Made by a program: the position numbers and the translations under genes | Assembly: GCF_001447785.1 (NCBI RefSeq) | Contig: NW_015162514.1 | Span: forward strand, 506,274 to 570,273 | Direction: 5' to 3' | Source: Gekko japonicus | Lineage: Eukaryota | Length of the DNA: 64,000 nt | The notes under the pieces: generated by a model | What the model was told of the DNA's origin: nothing | Databases searched by the model: none | The model's input: the letters and a program-made list of their open reading frames with translations, nothing else | Part shown: positions 1-11,495 of the stretch, one piece after another | Layout of the letters: every line of letters begins with the position of its first letter | How positions within the stretch are numbered: position 1 is the first letter of the stretch

Positions 1-417
1 TGGACTGTTTTGGATTGCTAGCTATTGGGGGGGGGGAATGTGCAGATCTGTCCTCGCAGAGGAGGGAGAGCTTGTATCTGAATAAAACTTGGTCTTAAAG
101 GTGCCACTGGACTGTTATGGACCGGGGGGGGGGCTCTGCAACTTACCTGGCGGCTTCTTGCTCCTTGTGGCCCGACTGAGGGCTGCTTGGAGCAGGGGGC
201 GGGGCTTGTTGCATGTGTCCGCCTCCTGGGCTCTTTACTGCCGGAGCTCTGCTCCTGTGCGCTCCTGCAGGAAATGACCCCTGCTTGTTTGTTCCACCAG
301 AAGCTTACCTGGCTGCTTCTTGCTCTGACTGAGGGCTGCTTGGAGCAGGGGTCCGCCTCCTGGGCTCTTTACTGCCGGAGCTCTGCTCCTGTGCGCTCCT
401 GCAGGAAATGACCCCTG
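1..417 (+). mobile_element. 3' part of hAT MITE family A with a local duplication of its end
   Basis: Ends in AAATGACCCCTG twice; matches the copy at 14193-14610. Confidence 0.8.
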
Positions 418-1155
418 CTTGTTTGTTCCACCAGTGAATCTGTTGGCAGGCTGGCAACCTCGGCTCGATCCCCCGGCTTCAACGATGGGATTAATACGTT
501 TGTGGAAGGCCCATAACGAAACCCGCAACGAGGTGGCTTGGCTTGCATTGCGTGGGCCTGATGAAGTGTCATCCTCTGCCGCACTTCACATCACTCGCTT
601 CTGCAGCTGCGTCTTCATCAGAACCGTGCTCATCTGCGACCAAGAGGCGTCTCGGGGACCGCTCACAAGTGCTCCCACACGGAGGCGTCTGTTGATGGCC
701 CAGAACCCTTGAATCCAGCCAACAATGACATAATGAGGGCTCGGGAGGGAGGACGGGACGAGATTGAGAGGCAAAAATATTCCGGGCGAGAAAACACAGG
801 CAACCTACACCGGTTCGTTTCTGCATGCATAATGAACCGTTGTAACGGATTCCTGGGCACTAGTCCGGCTTCGGCACTGGATCCGAAATCTCGGGACACG
901 GCATTTCAATTTGAGAATGTGACTTTTCTATCCACTGCTCTGTGGCCAAGAATATGGCCACAGGGGTCCTTAAGGGCACATTAGAACCCCCCCCAGCCTA
1001 ACTACATTTCTTTTGGCCATCAAGTCACAGCTGAGTTATGGCGACCCCTAGTGGGGGTTTCAAGGCAGGAGGCAAGCAAAGGTGGTTTGCAATTGCCTGC
1101 CTCGGCGTCGCAACACTGGACTTCCTTGGTGGTCTCCCATCCAAATACTAACCAG

Positions 1156-1551
1156 CAGGGCTATTTTTGGGTAGGAACGCACAGGAACGGAGTTCCGGCT
1201 GGCTCCCGAGTTGGCCACGCCCAGCAGGAACTCATTAGCATAACAGGCCACACCCAACAGCAGAAACTCATTCAGATTGGCTACATTAGGGGTGTGTGGC
1301 CTAACATGCAAAGAAGTTCCTGCTACAAAAAAAGCCCTGGGTTTTGACAACAAACAAGGTAAACAGAATAAGAACCAAAAGGTGGGTGTGGCTGGATGAC
1401 CACACTTCTGGTAACGTGGGGGTGCGGCCTAATATGCGAATTAGCGGTGCTGTCAGGGATGTGGCCCAATATGCTAATGAGTTCCTGCTATTGGGTGTGG
1501 CCTAGTATGCTAATGAGTTCCTGCTGGGCTTTTTCTACAAAAAGAGGCCTG
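1156..1551 (+). mobile_element. hAT MITE family B inserted in a 5S-derived SINE
   Basis: CAGGGCT start, degenerate AGGCCTG end; perfect 8-bp TSD CTAACCAG (1148-1155, 1552-1559). Confidence 0.85.
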
Positions 1552-1754
1552 CTAACCAGTGCTGACCCTGCTCAGCTTCCAAGATCTGTATTATCTACTC
1601 TGACCCACAGGGGTTCTCCTGGATCTCAAGTCAAGGTCTTTCGCATCACCTGGTGCTCTTAACCGGAGATGCCGGGGATTGAAACTACGACCCACCTGAG
1701 GAGGAGGATGCTAAATTATAAAGCCCTTATCCATGCTGTTGGAGCTTGAGGATC

Positions 1755-2895
1755 AGAGAATCGTGGAGTTGGAAGCAACCTCCAGGTTCATCTAGTCCAA
1801 CCCCCTGAACAATGCCTAAAATTCACAAATACCTCCCCCCCACACACACACACCCAGTGACACCCTCTTCCATGCCGAGAAGATGGCAAAAACACCCTCC
1901 AGGATCCCCGGGCAAACTGGCCTGGAGAAAAATGGCTGCCTGACCCTAAAGTGGCAATCAGCATTTCCCTGGGCATGTAGGAAAGGGCCACGAGAACTAA
2001 GCACTGAGGCAAAGCTTCCTGCCCTCCTGTTTTGTGATCTGCCTAAGTTTACAGAATCAGCCATTGCTGTCAGATGGCCATCTAGCCTCTGTCTGAAAAC
2101 CTCCACAGGAGGAGAGCCCACCACCTCCCGAGGAAGCCTGTTCCACTGAGGAACTGGTCTAATTCTCAGGAGGTTCTTCCTAATGTTTAGTCAAAAACTC
2201 TTTATTTATTTATGTTTTCAGCTTGTATCCCACTCGAACCCCCCAAGGGGTCTCTGAGCAGCTTACAGTTACTCCTTATCCCTATCTATGGCCACATATA
2301 GTCAGGGTGGGGACTGCCCTACCGGCACCCAGTGGAGGGACTTGCTGTTCTTCTCTCTCAGTTCGGCTTCTTGTCGGCTTGGCTTTTGGTTTTTCCGGCT
2401 CCTCTACTTCTCCTTCCCGTGGTCTTCGGCGTCGGCTGTGATCAGCGGGCCTATCCGGCACGCGGTTCGCGTCAGCATGGCTCCAGCTCTGTCCGTTTGG
2501 CTCCACTGCGCCTGCGCCTCCACGTTCTTTGCGTCTCCTGGCTCCGCCTTCCGCCGACGTCCGATCCACCGCTGGTGTTGCGCCTAGTCACCATTTCGCC
2601 GCTTGCTGCTTGCCACCGATGCTCCATCAGCCCCCACAACGGGGAAGGGTGCCCCCTGCCACCTAGGGCAGGTACCCATTTATCTACTCGCTTTTTCGAT
2701 GTTATTTATTGCTTTCGAACCGCTGGGTGGGCGGGAGCTGGGACTAGGGCCAGGTGCTCACCCTGGCCGCGGTGGGTTTCGAACAGCTGTAGCAGCTGTT
2801 CGCAGATGTTACCAGCAGGTGTTTAACCGCCTGCGCCACCGCTTCTGATTTAATTTCAACCTGTTGATTCTGGTCCGACCTTCTGGGGCAAGGTC
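1755..2895 (-). mobile_element. CR1 LINE 3' end interrupted by an insert of about 640 bp (2203-2845)
   Basis: CR1-type 3' sequence breaks at aaaactcttt and resumes at tgatttaatttcaacc. Confidence 0.7.
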
Positions 2896-3365
2896 TCCGC
2901 CCAAGGGGCTTCTACACCCAAATTTCAGCACAGGGGAGGAAATAAAGGCAAGGGAGAAAAATGGAAGCAGGAGGAGTGTTCTTTGTGGCTTGCTTTCTGC
3001 AGGGGACTAGACAACGTGAGCGAATGAGCTGAGCTGCGTAGGCAAGGCCTTTTTTTTCTGCCGTCAAATCACAGCAGCATGATGGTGATGACCCCGTAGG
3101 GTATTCTAGGCACGAGATATGCAGAGGTGGTTTGCCCTTGCCTGCCTCTGTGTAGTGACCCCAGACTTCCTTGGTGGCCTCCCATCCAAATACAGACCGG
3201 GGCCAACCCAGATCTGACAAGGGGTGGCCATAAGAATGAACAGCTTTAAAAGGGGATAAGACAGATTCATGGAGGAGAGGCCTAAATGGCTACTAGCCAT
3301 GGTGACTGGGGGGAACATGCACTAAGCCTCCGAATCCCAGAGCCAGGAGGCAACATCGGGAAAAG

Positions 3366-5270
3366 GTCTTCGCCTCTCTGCCCTGTTGTTGGCCCTCCAG
3401 AGGAACTGGTTGGCCACTGTGTGAGACAGGATACTGGACTGGATGGACCACTGGTCTGATCCAGCAGGGCTCTTCTGATGTTCTTATGAAGGCCTCAGCT
3501 TCTATGCCCTGTGGTTGGCCACTGTGTGAGACAGGATGCGGGACTAGAAGGACCCCTGGTCTGATCCAGCAGGGCTCTTCTGATGTTCTTATGAAGGCCT
3601 CGGCCTCTCTGCCCTGTAGTTGGCCCTCCAGAGGAGCTGGTTGGCCACTGTGTGAGACAGGATGTGGGACTAGATGGACCCCTGGTCTGATCCAGCAGGG
3701 CTCATCTGATGTTCTTATGAAGGCCTTGGCCTCTATGCCCTGTTGTTGGTCATCCAGAGGAACTGGTTAGTTACTGTGTGAGACAGGATACTGGACTGGA
3801 TGGACCACTGGTCTGCTCCAGCAGGGCTCTTCTGATGTTCTTATGAAGGCCTCAGCCTCTATGCCCTGTTGTTGGCCATCCAGAGGAACTGGTTGGTCAC
3901 TGTGTGAGACAGGTTGCGGGACTAGATGGACCACTGGTCTGATCCAGCAGGGCTCTTCTGATCTTCTTTTGTATGTCTCAATGNNNNNNNNNNNNNNNNN
4001 NNNNNNNNNNNNNNNNNNNNNNNNNNNNNNNNNNNNNNNNNNNNNNNNNNNNNNNNNNNNNNNNNNNNNNNNNNNNNNNNNNNNNNNNNNNNNNNNNNNN
4101 NNNNNNNNNNNNNNNNNNNNNNNNNNNNNNNNNNNNNNNNNNNNNNNNNNNNNNNNNNNNNNNNNNNNNNNNNNNNNNNNNNNNNNNNNNNNNNNNNNNN
4201 NNNNNNNNNNNNNNNNNNNNNNNNNNNNNNNNNNNNNNNNNNNNNNNNNNNNNNNNNNNNNNNNNNNNNNNNNNNNNNNNNNNNNNNNNNNNNNNNNNNN
4301 NNNNNNNNNNNNNNNNNNNNNNNNNNNNNNNNNNNNNNNNNNNNNNNNNNNNNNNNNNNNNNNNNNNNNNNNNNNNNNNNNNNNNNNNNNNNNNNNNNNN
4401 NNNNNNNNNNNNNNNNNNNNNNNNNNNNNNNNNNNNNNNNNNNNNNNNNNNNNNNNNNCTAGATGGACCACTGGTCTGATCCAGCAGGGCTCTTCTGATA
4501 TTCTTATGAAGGCCTCAATCTCTATGCCCTCTTGTTGGTCATCCAGAGGAACTGGTTAGTTACTGTGTGAGACAGGATGCTGGACTAGATGGACTATTGG
4601 TCTGATCCAGCTGGGCTCTTCTGATGTTCTTATGAAGGCCTCGGCCTCTATGCCCTGTTGTTGGTCGTCCAGAGGAACTGGTTAGTTACTGTGTGAGACA
4701 GGATGCGGGACTAGATGGCCCACTGGTCTGATCCAGCAGGATTCTTCTGGTGTTCTTATGAAGGCCTCAGCCTCTATGCCCTGTTGTTGGCCCTCCAGAG
4801 GAACTGGTTGGTCACTGTGTGAGACAGGTTGCGGGACTAGATGGACCACTGGTCTGATCCAGCAGGGCTCTTCTGATATTCTTATGAAGGCCTCAATCTC
4901 TATGCCCTGTTGTTAGTCATCCAGAGGAACTGGTTAGTTACTGTGTGAGACAGGATGCTGGGCTAGATGGACTATTGGTCTGCTCCAGCTGGGCTCTTCT
5001 GATGTTCTTATGAAGGCCTCAGCCTCTATGCCCTGTTGTTGGCCCTCCAGAGGAACTGGTTGGCCACTGTGTGAGACAGGATGCTGGACTAGATGGACCA
5101 CTGGTCTGCTCCAGCAGGGCTCTTCTGATGTTCTTATGAAGGCCTCAGCCTCTATGCCCTGTTGTTGGCCATCCAGAGGAACTGGTTGGCCACTGTGTGA
5201 GACAGGAGGCTAGACTACATGAACTATTGGTCTGATTTAGCAGGGTTTTTCTTGTGCTCTTATGTAACTT
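3366..5270 (+). repeat. 126-bp tandem repeat derived from a CR1 3' UTR (gap 3984-4458)
   Basis: TTCTTATGAAGG recurs at 3481, 3586, 3712, 3838, 4501, 4627, 4753, 4879, 5005, 5131; preceded by a CR1 ORF2 end at about 3220-3365. Confidence 0.92.
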
Positions 5271-5854
5271 GGGCTATCCAGGTCAGGCCTGAAAGCGAGA
5301 CATGGCAGATGCAAATCTTTTGGAATCTCCATCTGAGAGTCTGGCCATTGGCTACCAATAGGCAGGATCTCCAGAGACAGAGAAGGCATGAAGGAAACAT
5401 CTTTCTCCTCTCTGGCCTCAAATCTCCACTGAGTAATATCGATCCAGCTCTAAAAGAGACAGATCATTTAATTATGTTCCCATTGAACCATCTGTTAGCA
5501 TTGCAAATGAGACCCAGGAAGCGGCGGAGCAGCCCCTCGGCTTTGCATTCCCCAGAAGGCTCTGCGGATTGTTGGCTGAGAAGAGCAATCGTTCAGGTGG
5601 ATAAACCGTACAGACATGCAGGACTGAAAGCCCCGTTCAGAGGTTCCGAGGCCTCATCTGTCATTAGCATTTTTAAGAGAAAGCTTTGTGGCAGAGGAGT
5701 AGCCGACTGTGACTCCCTGACAATGCACTGGAATGCTGCCACCTTTCCAAACGGAGATGGACCCAGGGGATGCAAGCTAGCCGTGCCAGGATTCGGAAGA
5801 ATAGATCTCTTGGAAGCCAGGAAGGACTTGATCTATTATTGCAGACTTATTACA

Positions 5855-6130
5855 CTGCAGTTCGAGACCCGGGTGCCGCATGATGGAGTGAGCTCCCGTC
5901 TCTAGTTCTAGCTCCTGCCAACCTAGCAGTTCGAAAGCAAGAAATTGCAAGTAGATAAATAGGTGGGAAGGTAACAGCATTCCGTGCGCCTTGGTGTTTA
6001 GTCATGCCGGCCACATGACCACGGAAACGTCTTCGGACAGCGCTGGCTCTTCGGCTTTGAAACGGAGATGAGCACCGCAACCCTAGAGTCGGATTCGACT
6101 GGCTTTCGAGCAAGGGGACCTTTACCTTTA
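5855..6130 (+). mobile_element. Sauria SINE (other copies 24386-24730 -, 26665-27003 +, 28750-28865 -, 36442-36785 -)
   Basis: Body gagctcccg...ctagcagttcgaaag...gtagataaatagg and (ACCTTT)n tail. Confidence 0.85.
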
Positions 6131-6252
6131 TTACATTTGCATCTCTGGAAGGAAAAACAAACCCGGATGGAGGCATATTAGAATGGTGAAGCCATGTAGG
6201 CTCTGCGGGATGTGCCACAGCAAAGAGAGAGAAGAGTGAGGGACCTCAAAGC

Positions 6253-6458
6253 CAATGCTCCCTCTAAGCTGTGGAGTCTTGTGAGCAAAAATCCTACTTT
6301 GGGAGCGACTGGCATTAATGTCGTGAGCAGGCGATTTGGCTCCTGCATAAATTAGTTTGCTCTGGAGCCCTCCTGCCTGAGCTAAGACAGAAATGTGTGA
6401 GCCGGAGGCTAAAAAACTGTGAGCTAGCTCACACTCGCTCAGCTTAGAGGGAACACTG
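6253..6458 (-). mobile_element. hAT MITE family C, about 205 bp (also near 15994, 19169, 20830, 22720, 23831, 33786, 41835, 53849, 54909)
   Basis: Terminal inverted repeats CAGTGTTCCCTCTAAGCT / AGCTTAGAGGGAGCATTG; 8-bp TSDs such as CTCACGGG (19161, 19376). Confidence 0.85.
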
Positions 6459-7821
6459 CATCAAAGCTAGAACTAATTGGTCTGGGTCAAGCCATGACCA
6501 GCTACAGAGAAAAGGCACTAAGGAGCTGGTTTTACTGGAAATTCCTTGTTTAATATCTAGAGGAGAAGAAGACGATGGAGGAGGAGGAGGAGGAGGAGGA
6601 GATTGGATTTATACCCCGCCCTTCACTTGGAGTCTCAGAACGCTTTACAATCTCCTTTCCCTTCTCCTCCCCACAACAGACACCCTGTGAGGTAGATGAG
6701 GCTAAGAGAGCTCTGAGAGAACTGCTCGTGAGAGAACACCNNNNNNNNNNNNNNNNNNNNNNNNNNNNNNNNNNNNNNNNNNNNNNNNNNNNNNNNNNNN
6801 NNNNNNNNNNNNNNNNNNNNNNNNNNNNNNNNNNNNNNNNNNNNNNNNNNNNNNNNNNNNNNNNNNNNNNNNNNNNNNNNNNNNNNNNNNNNNNNNNNNN
6901 NNNNNNNNNNNNNNNNNNNNNNNNNNNNNNNNNNNNNNNNNNNNNNNNNNNNNNNNNNNNNNNNNNNNNNNNNNNNNNNNNNNNNNNNNNNNNNNNNNNN
7001 NNNNNNNNNNNNNNNNNNNNNNNNNNNNNNNNNNNNNNNNNNNNNNNNNNNNNNNNNNNNNNNNNNNNNNNNNNNNNNNNNNNNNNNNNNNNNNNNNNNN
7101 NNNNNNNNNNNNNNNNNNNNNNNNNNNNNNNNNNNNNNNNNNNNNNNNNNNNNNNNNNNNNNNNNNNNNNNNNNNNNNNNNNNNNNNNNNNNNNNNNNNN
7201 NNNNNNNNNNNNNNNNNNNNNNNNNNNNNNNNNNNNNNNNNNNNNNNNNNNNNNNNNNNNNNNNNNNNNNNNNNNNNNNNNNNNNNNNNNNNNNNNNNNN
7301 NNNNNNNNNNNNNNNNNNNNNNNNNNNNNNNNNNNNNNNNNNNNNNNNNNNNNNNNNNNNNNNNNNNNNNNNNNNNNNNNNNNNNNNNNNNNNNNNNNNN
7401 NNNNNNNNNNNNNNNNNNNNNNNNNNNNNNNNNNNNNNNNNNNNNNNNNNNNNNNNNNNNNNNNNNNNNNNNNNNNNNNNNNNNNNNNNNNNNNNNNNNN
7501 NNNNNNNNNNNNNNNNNNNNNNNNNNNNNNNNNNNNNNNNNNNNNNNNNNNNNNNNNNNNNNNNNNNNNNNNNNNNNNNNNNNNNNNNNNNNNNNNNNNN
7601 NNNNNNNNNNNNNNNNNNNNNNNNNNNNNNNNNNNNNNNNNNNNNNNNNNNNNNNNNNNNNNNNNNNNNNNNNNNNNNNNNNNNNNNNNNNNTGTGTCTT
7701 CCTTTGGCACATCTTTCACTTTCCTTCCTTCGTGAAGCTCAAGTGATGTATTGGATACAGGATGCCTAGAGATCCCCTAACCAGACCCTGACCAGGTTGA
7801 CTTCAACGAGGCTGCTGTTAA

Positions 7822-8028
7822 TAGGGTTGCCAACTCCAGGTTGGGAAATTCCTGGAGATTTGGGGGTGGGGCCTGGGGCGGGCAACGTTTGGGGAGGGGA
7901 GAGACCCCAGAAGAATATCGTGCCATCGAATCCACCCTCCAAAGCAGCCACCTTCTCCAGGGGAACTGATCTCTGTCGTCTGGAGATCAGGTAGAACTCC
8001 AGGCCTCACCTGGAGGTTGGCAAGCCTA
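7822..8028 (+). mobile_element. hAT (Blackjack/Tip100-like) MITE family D (also near 9070, 13921, 16484, 18353, 18880, 24812, 29830, 32088)
   Basis: TAGGGTTGCCAA start and TTGGCAA(G/C)CCTA end; many dispersed copies. Confidence 0.75.
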
Positions 8029-8220
8029 TTCAAGACCTTTCCCTGAGCGAGGAGGAAATCAGCGACTGTCCAGTCACCTCACCTGGAAATACGGCAGCTC
8101 TTCCCAGTAAAAAATACGGCTGCACTGGCAGATTGGCCAGGTCCCACACAGCTCTTGAGGTGGATTCTTAGTCTTGGCCACAACCTCGGAATGACCAAAT
8201 AGCAAACCTTAATCATGCTC

Positions 8221-8478
8221 CAGGCGGGCAGCCCTGTTGGCCTGAAGCAGTAGAACAAATCTAGAGTCCAGTTGGGCACCTTTAAGACCAACAAAGGTTC
8301 ATTCAAGGTATGAGCTTTCGTGGGCATGCACACTTTTTCAAATACATATTTGCATGCCCACGAAAGCTCATACCTTGAATAAACCTTTTGAAAAAGTGCC
8401 CATGCACAGAAAAGTCATACCTTGAGTAAACCTTTGTTGGTCTTAAAGGTGCCACGGGACTCTAAATTTGTTCTACTT
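8221..8478. mobile_element. Penelope-like terminal repeat fragments in inverted arrangement
   Basis: gcacctttaagaccaacaaagg...tgagctttcgtg mirrored by cacgaaagctca...tttgttggtcttaaaggtgc. Confidence 0.7.
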
Positions 8479-9782
8479 AATCAGGCTGTTAAGAAAAAGT
8501 TTTCAGGGTGCGCCTTTGCTCTTTTTCGGGCTTCCGTCGCCATCTGGTGGGCAGCAAGGGCCATTTTTTTGTTCACGTGGGAAAGCATTTAAAAATCAGG
8601 AACTTTCACCCATCGTTCATGATGGAACTCCTTGGTCAAAATGCTTTCGACATTTGCCTTATCCCAGTCCCTCTCTCAGGAATTGGGACTGTTTGATTAT
8701 TTGGCCTCGTTTCCAGTGCGGAAATCCTCCACCGTTTCATGTTTTAATTCCCATATTTTGTATGGAGNNNNNNNNNNNNNNNNNNNNNNNNNNNNNNNNN
8801 NNNNNNNNNNNNNNNNNNNNATCCTCGACATGTCTTTTCTGTACATATGCACCAATAAAACCCCACAAAATAGCAATCTCTATGTGCCAGAATGTACGAT
8901 AACTACTGCAAACTGTGCATATTGCAAACTTATATTCAATGCAATAACAATATATCAGACTATGTTTTACAGAAAACCGAAGCCAATGATGTCAATGAAG
9001 ATGGATGTGGACGACCTCCCCCGGAGTTGATATTTGTTTTGAGGTGTCTTTTTCATACATCAAACCTCCTAGCAGCCATTTTCCCCAGGACAACTGATCC
9101 CCGTTGCCTGGAGATGTGTTCTAATTCTGGGAGATCTCCAGACCCCACCTGAAGGTTGGCAACCGCCAGGGGTCATTTTGTAGGAAAAGAGGTGCAGGAG
9201 CTCATTAACATAACTCATTAGCATAACTTATTTGCATATGCCACGCCCCCTGACCTCACCGGAAGTGTGTCAGAAGGCAACACTCACCGCTCAGGCTCCA
9301 CTGGACTGTTTTGGATGGCTAGCTATTGGGGGGGAAGGGAACGTGCAGATCTGTCCTCACAGAGGAGGGAGAGCTTGTACCTGAATAAAACTCGGTCTTA
9401 AAGGTGCCACTGAACTGTTTTGGACAGGGGGAGGCGGGCTCTGCAACTTACCTGGCTGCATCTTGCTCTGACTGAGGGCTGCTGGGAGCAGGGGGTGGGG
9501 CTTGTTGCATGTGCCTGACCCCTGGGCTCTTTATTGCCGGAGCACCGCTCCTGTGCGCTCCTGCAGGAAATGACTAACACAAAAAACATCTTGCTACTAG
9601 ATGGACAATCACATCACATTTAGATTTTTGTTTCTAGTGTGCTTTATAAATGTACATATGTATATCCGTGGTTCCTATTCCCACACATGGAACCCTTCTT
9701 GTCTGTATCGTTTGTAAGCCATTCTCAAATGGCCTGCAGTTTATTCCTCATACTACACGGTCTCAGGCAGAGGTCTTTCACA

Positions 9783-10184
9783 TTTATTTATTTATTTATT
9801 TATTTATTTATTTGGCTTCTATCCCGCCTTTCCACATGGGCTCAGGGCAGCTAACAAGAGGCAATTGCCATACAAACACGAAAACCAAATAAAACAATAA
9901 GATTACATTATACATTTAAAAATCGGTGCTCACAACAATAGATCATCCAAGACAGGGACTCCAGTGCAATGTTTCAGAGGTACTGCTGTCTCTTCTTGAT
10001 CGGTCTGTGCTCTGTCCATTCTCCATTCCCAGGGCCAGTTCGCATCGCCAGAGATGGAAACGTGATGGTGGTACAGTGACGGCGGCGGCTCCTACTCGAA
10101 AGCCTGGCAGAAGAGCTCCGTCTTGCAGGCCCTGCGGAACTGCGTAAGGTCCCGCAGGGCCCTGATCTCCTCTGGGAGCTCGTT
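9783..10184 (-). mobile_element. L2 LINE 3' fragment with (TAAA)n tail, inserted in a SINE
   Basis: NELPEEIRALRDLTQFRRACKTELFCQAF, typical L2 ORF2 end; (TTTA)n at 9784-9812. Confidence 0.75.
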
Positions 10185-10722
10185 CACCTCCTGCATGGTC
10201 CTCTTTAACTGGAGGTGCTGGGGCTTGAACCTGAGACCTTCAGCAGGCCAAGCAGAGGCTCTGCCACTGAGCCAATGACCCTCCCCTAATAATGAACATA
10301 TATGAAGTTGTCTTATACTGATACAGGACATTGGTCTGTCAAGGTCAGTACTGTCTACTCAGACTGGCAGTGACTCTCCAGGGTCTCTGCTAAAGGTCTT
10401 TCACATCACCTACTGCCTGTTCCTTTCAACAGGAGATGCCGGGGATTGAACCTGGGACCTTCTGCATACCAAGCAGAGGCTCTTCCACTGAGACACAGCC
10501 ACTCTCCAACAAACATATGAAGCTGCTATATACTGAATCAGAGCCTTGGTTCATCAAGGTCAGTATTGTCTACTCAGACTGGCAGCGGCTCTCCAGGGTC
10601 TCAGGCAGAGGTCTTTCACGTCACCTACTGCCTGGGCCTTTCAACTTGGAGATGCCAGGGATTGAACCTGGGACCTTCCGTATGCCAGGCAGAGACTCTC
10701 CTACTGAACCACAGCCCCTCCC
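10185..10722 (-). mobile_element. Three head-to-tail tRNA-derived SINE copies (Squam2-like)
   Basis: Repeated unit of about 215 bp with A/B-box-like heads. Confidence 0.8.
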
Positions 10723-11495
10723 TTTTGGCCAATGAAAAGGGTGCTGAGATCTCCTTAGCTTACCCAAATGAGTACAAATGTATTGACCCTTTTTTGAGTC
10801 CCATAGCTTATTTAAAAGGCATCTATCCGGCTTTTCTGTTGAATGATATCCAAGAGGTCTTGCAGTCAGTCAAACGTAACACACACACACGCTCGATGCA
10901 AAGCCACAATCTGACATGCTTAAATCTCACTGAAAAGCAGCTGAAACAAAAAGACCCCCACAGAATCAGCAGTTATATAAGAAAAAGTCCCATTGGAAGC
11001 AGGAGTAAATTAAAATGTTCATCACCCGGGGCCTAAAAAATATTAAAAACAAGCACCAACCAGATGCATTTGGAAAGATGCGGCGACAAGTGATTGGGAA
11101 TGAGATCTATGGGGAACCATCCTAAATAGAGAAAACAACCACCCGAATCCCTGGTGTTGCTACGATGCGCACCCGATGCTTTGCCTAGCAGCTCCCCGCT
11201 GGCATCAATTCGCCTGAAGCCAGTTTGTCACCGGCTTCTGGGACGTGCATTTGGCCTGCCTTCGCAGGATCGGGTCCCGAGTTGTAATGTCTGTCTGGAT
11301 TGGTTTGGTGCTCAAAATAATAACCACGAGAACAAGAATAACGAGAGGGTCCCGGTGCTGGAAAAGGCAACGCCTGATCGGCTTAGCAGCGTTAATCCTT
11401 GGAGACCTTGTTATTGCATCTCGGAGTTAAGCTCGGCTGCTCAGGCCCTCCGGCTGAGCAAACCCTGGACAAGCTCTGCTCACAGCAGGTGATCA

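Noticed and set aside
516-570. CGAAAC...CTGATGA as a hammerhead ribozyme
   Set aside because: Stem II and the cleavage site cannot be formed.
3486-5213. ORFs with a repeated 42-aa Cys/Trp-rich motif
   Set aside because: Translation of the 126-bp CR1-derived repeat; stops occur in several units.
3366-5270. CRISPR-like appearance of the array
   Set aside because: No unique spacers, eukaryotic context, whole unit repeats.
5219-5905. 228-aa ORF
   Set aside because: Starts and ends in repeats, no recognisable domain or splice context.
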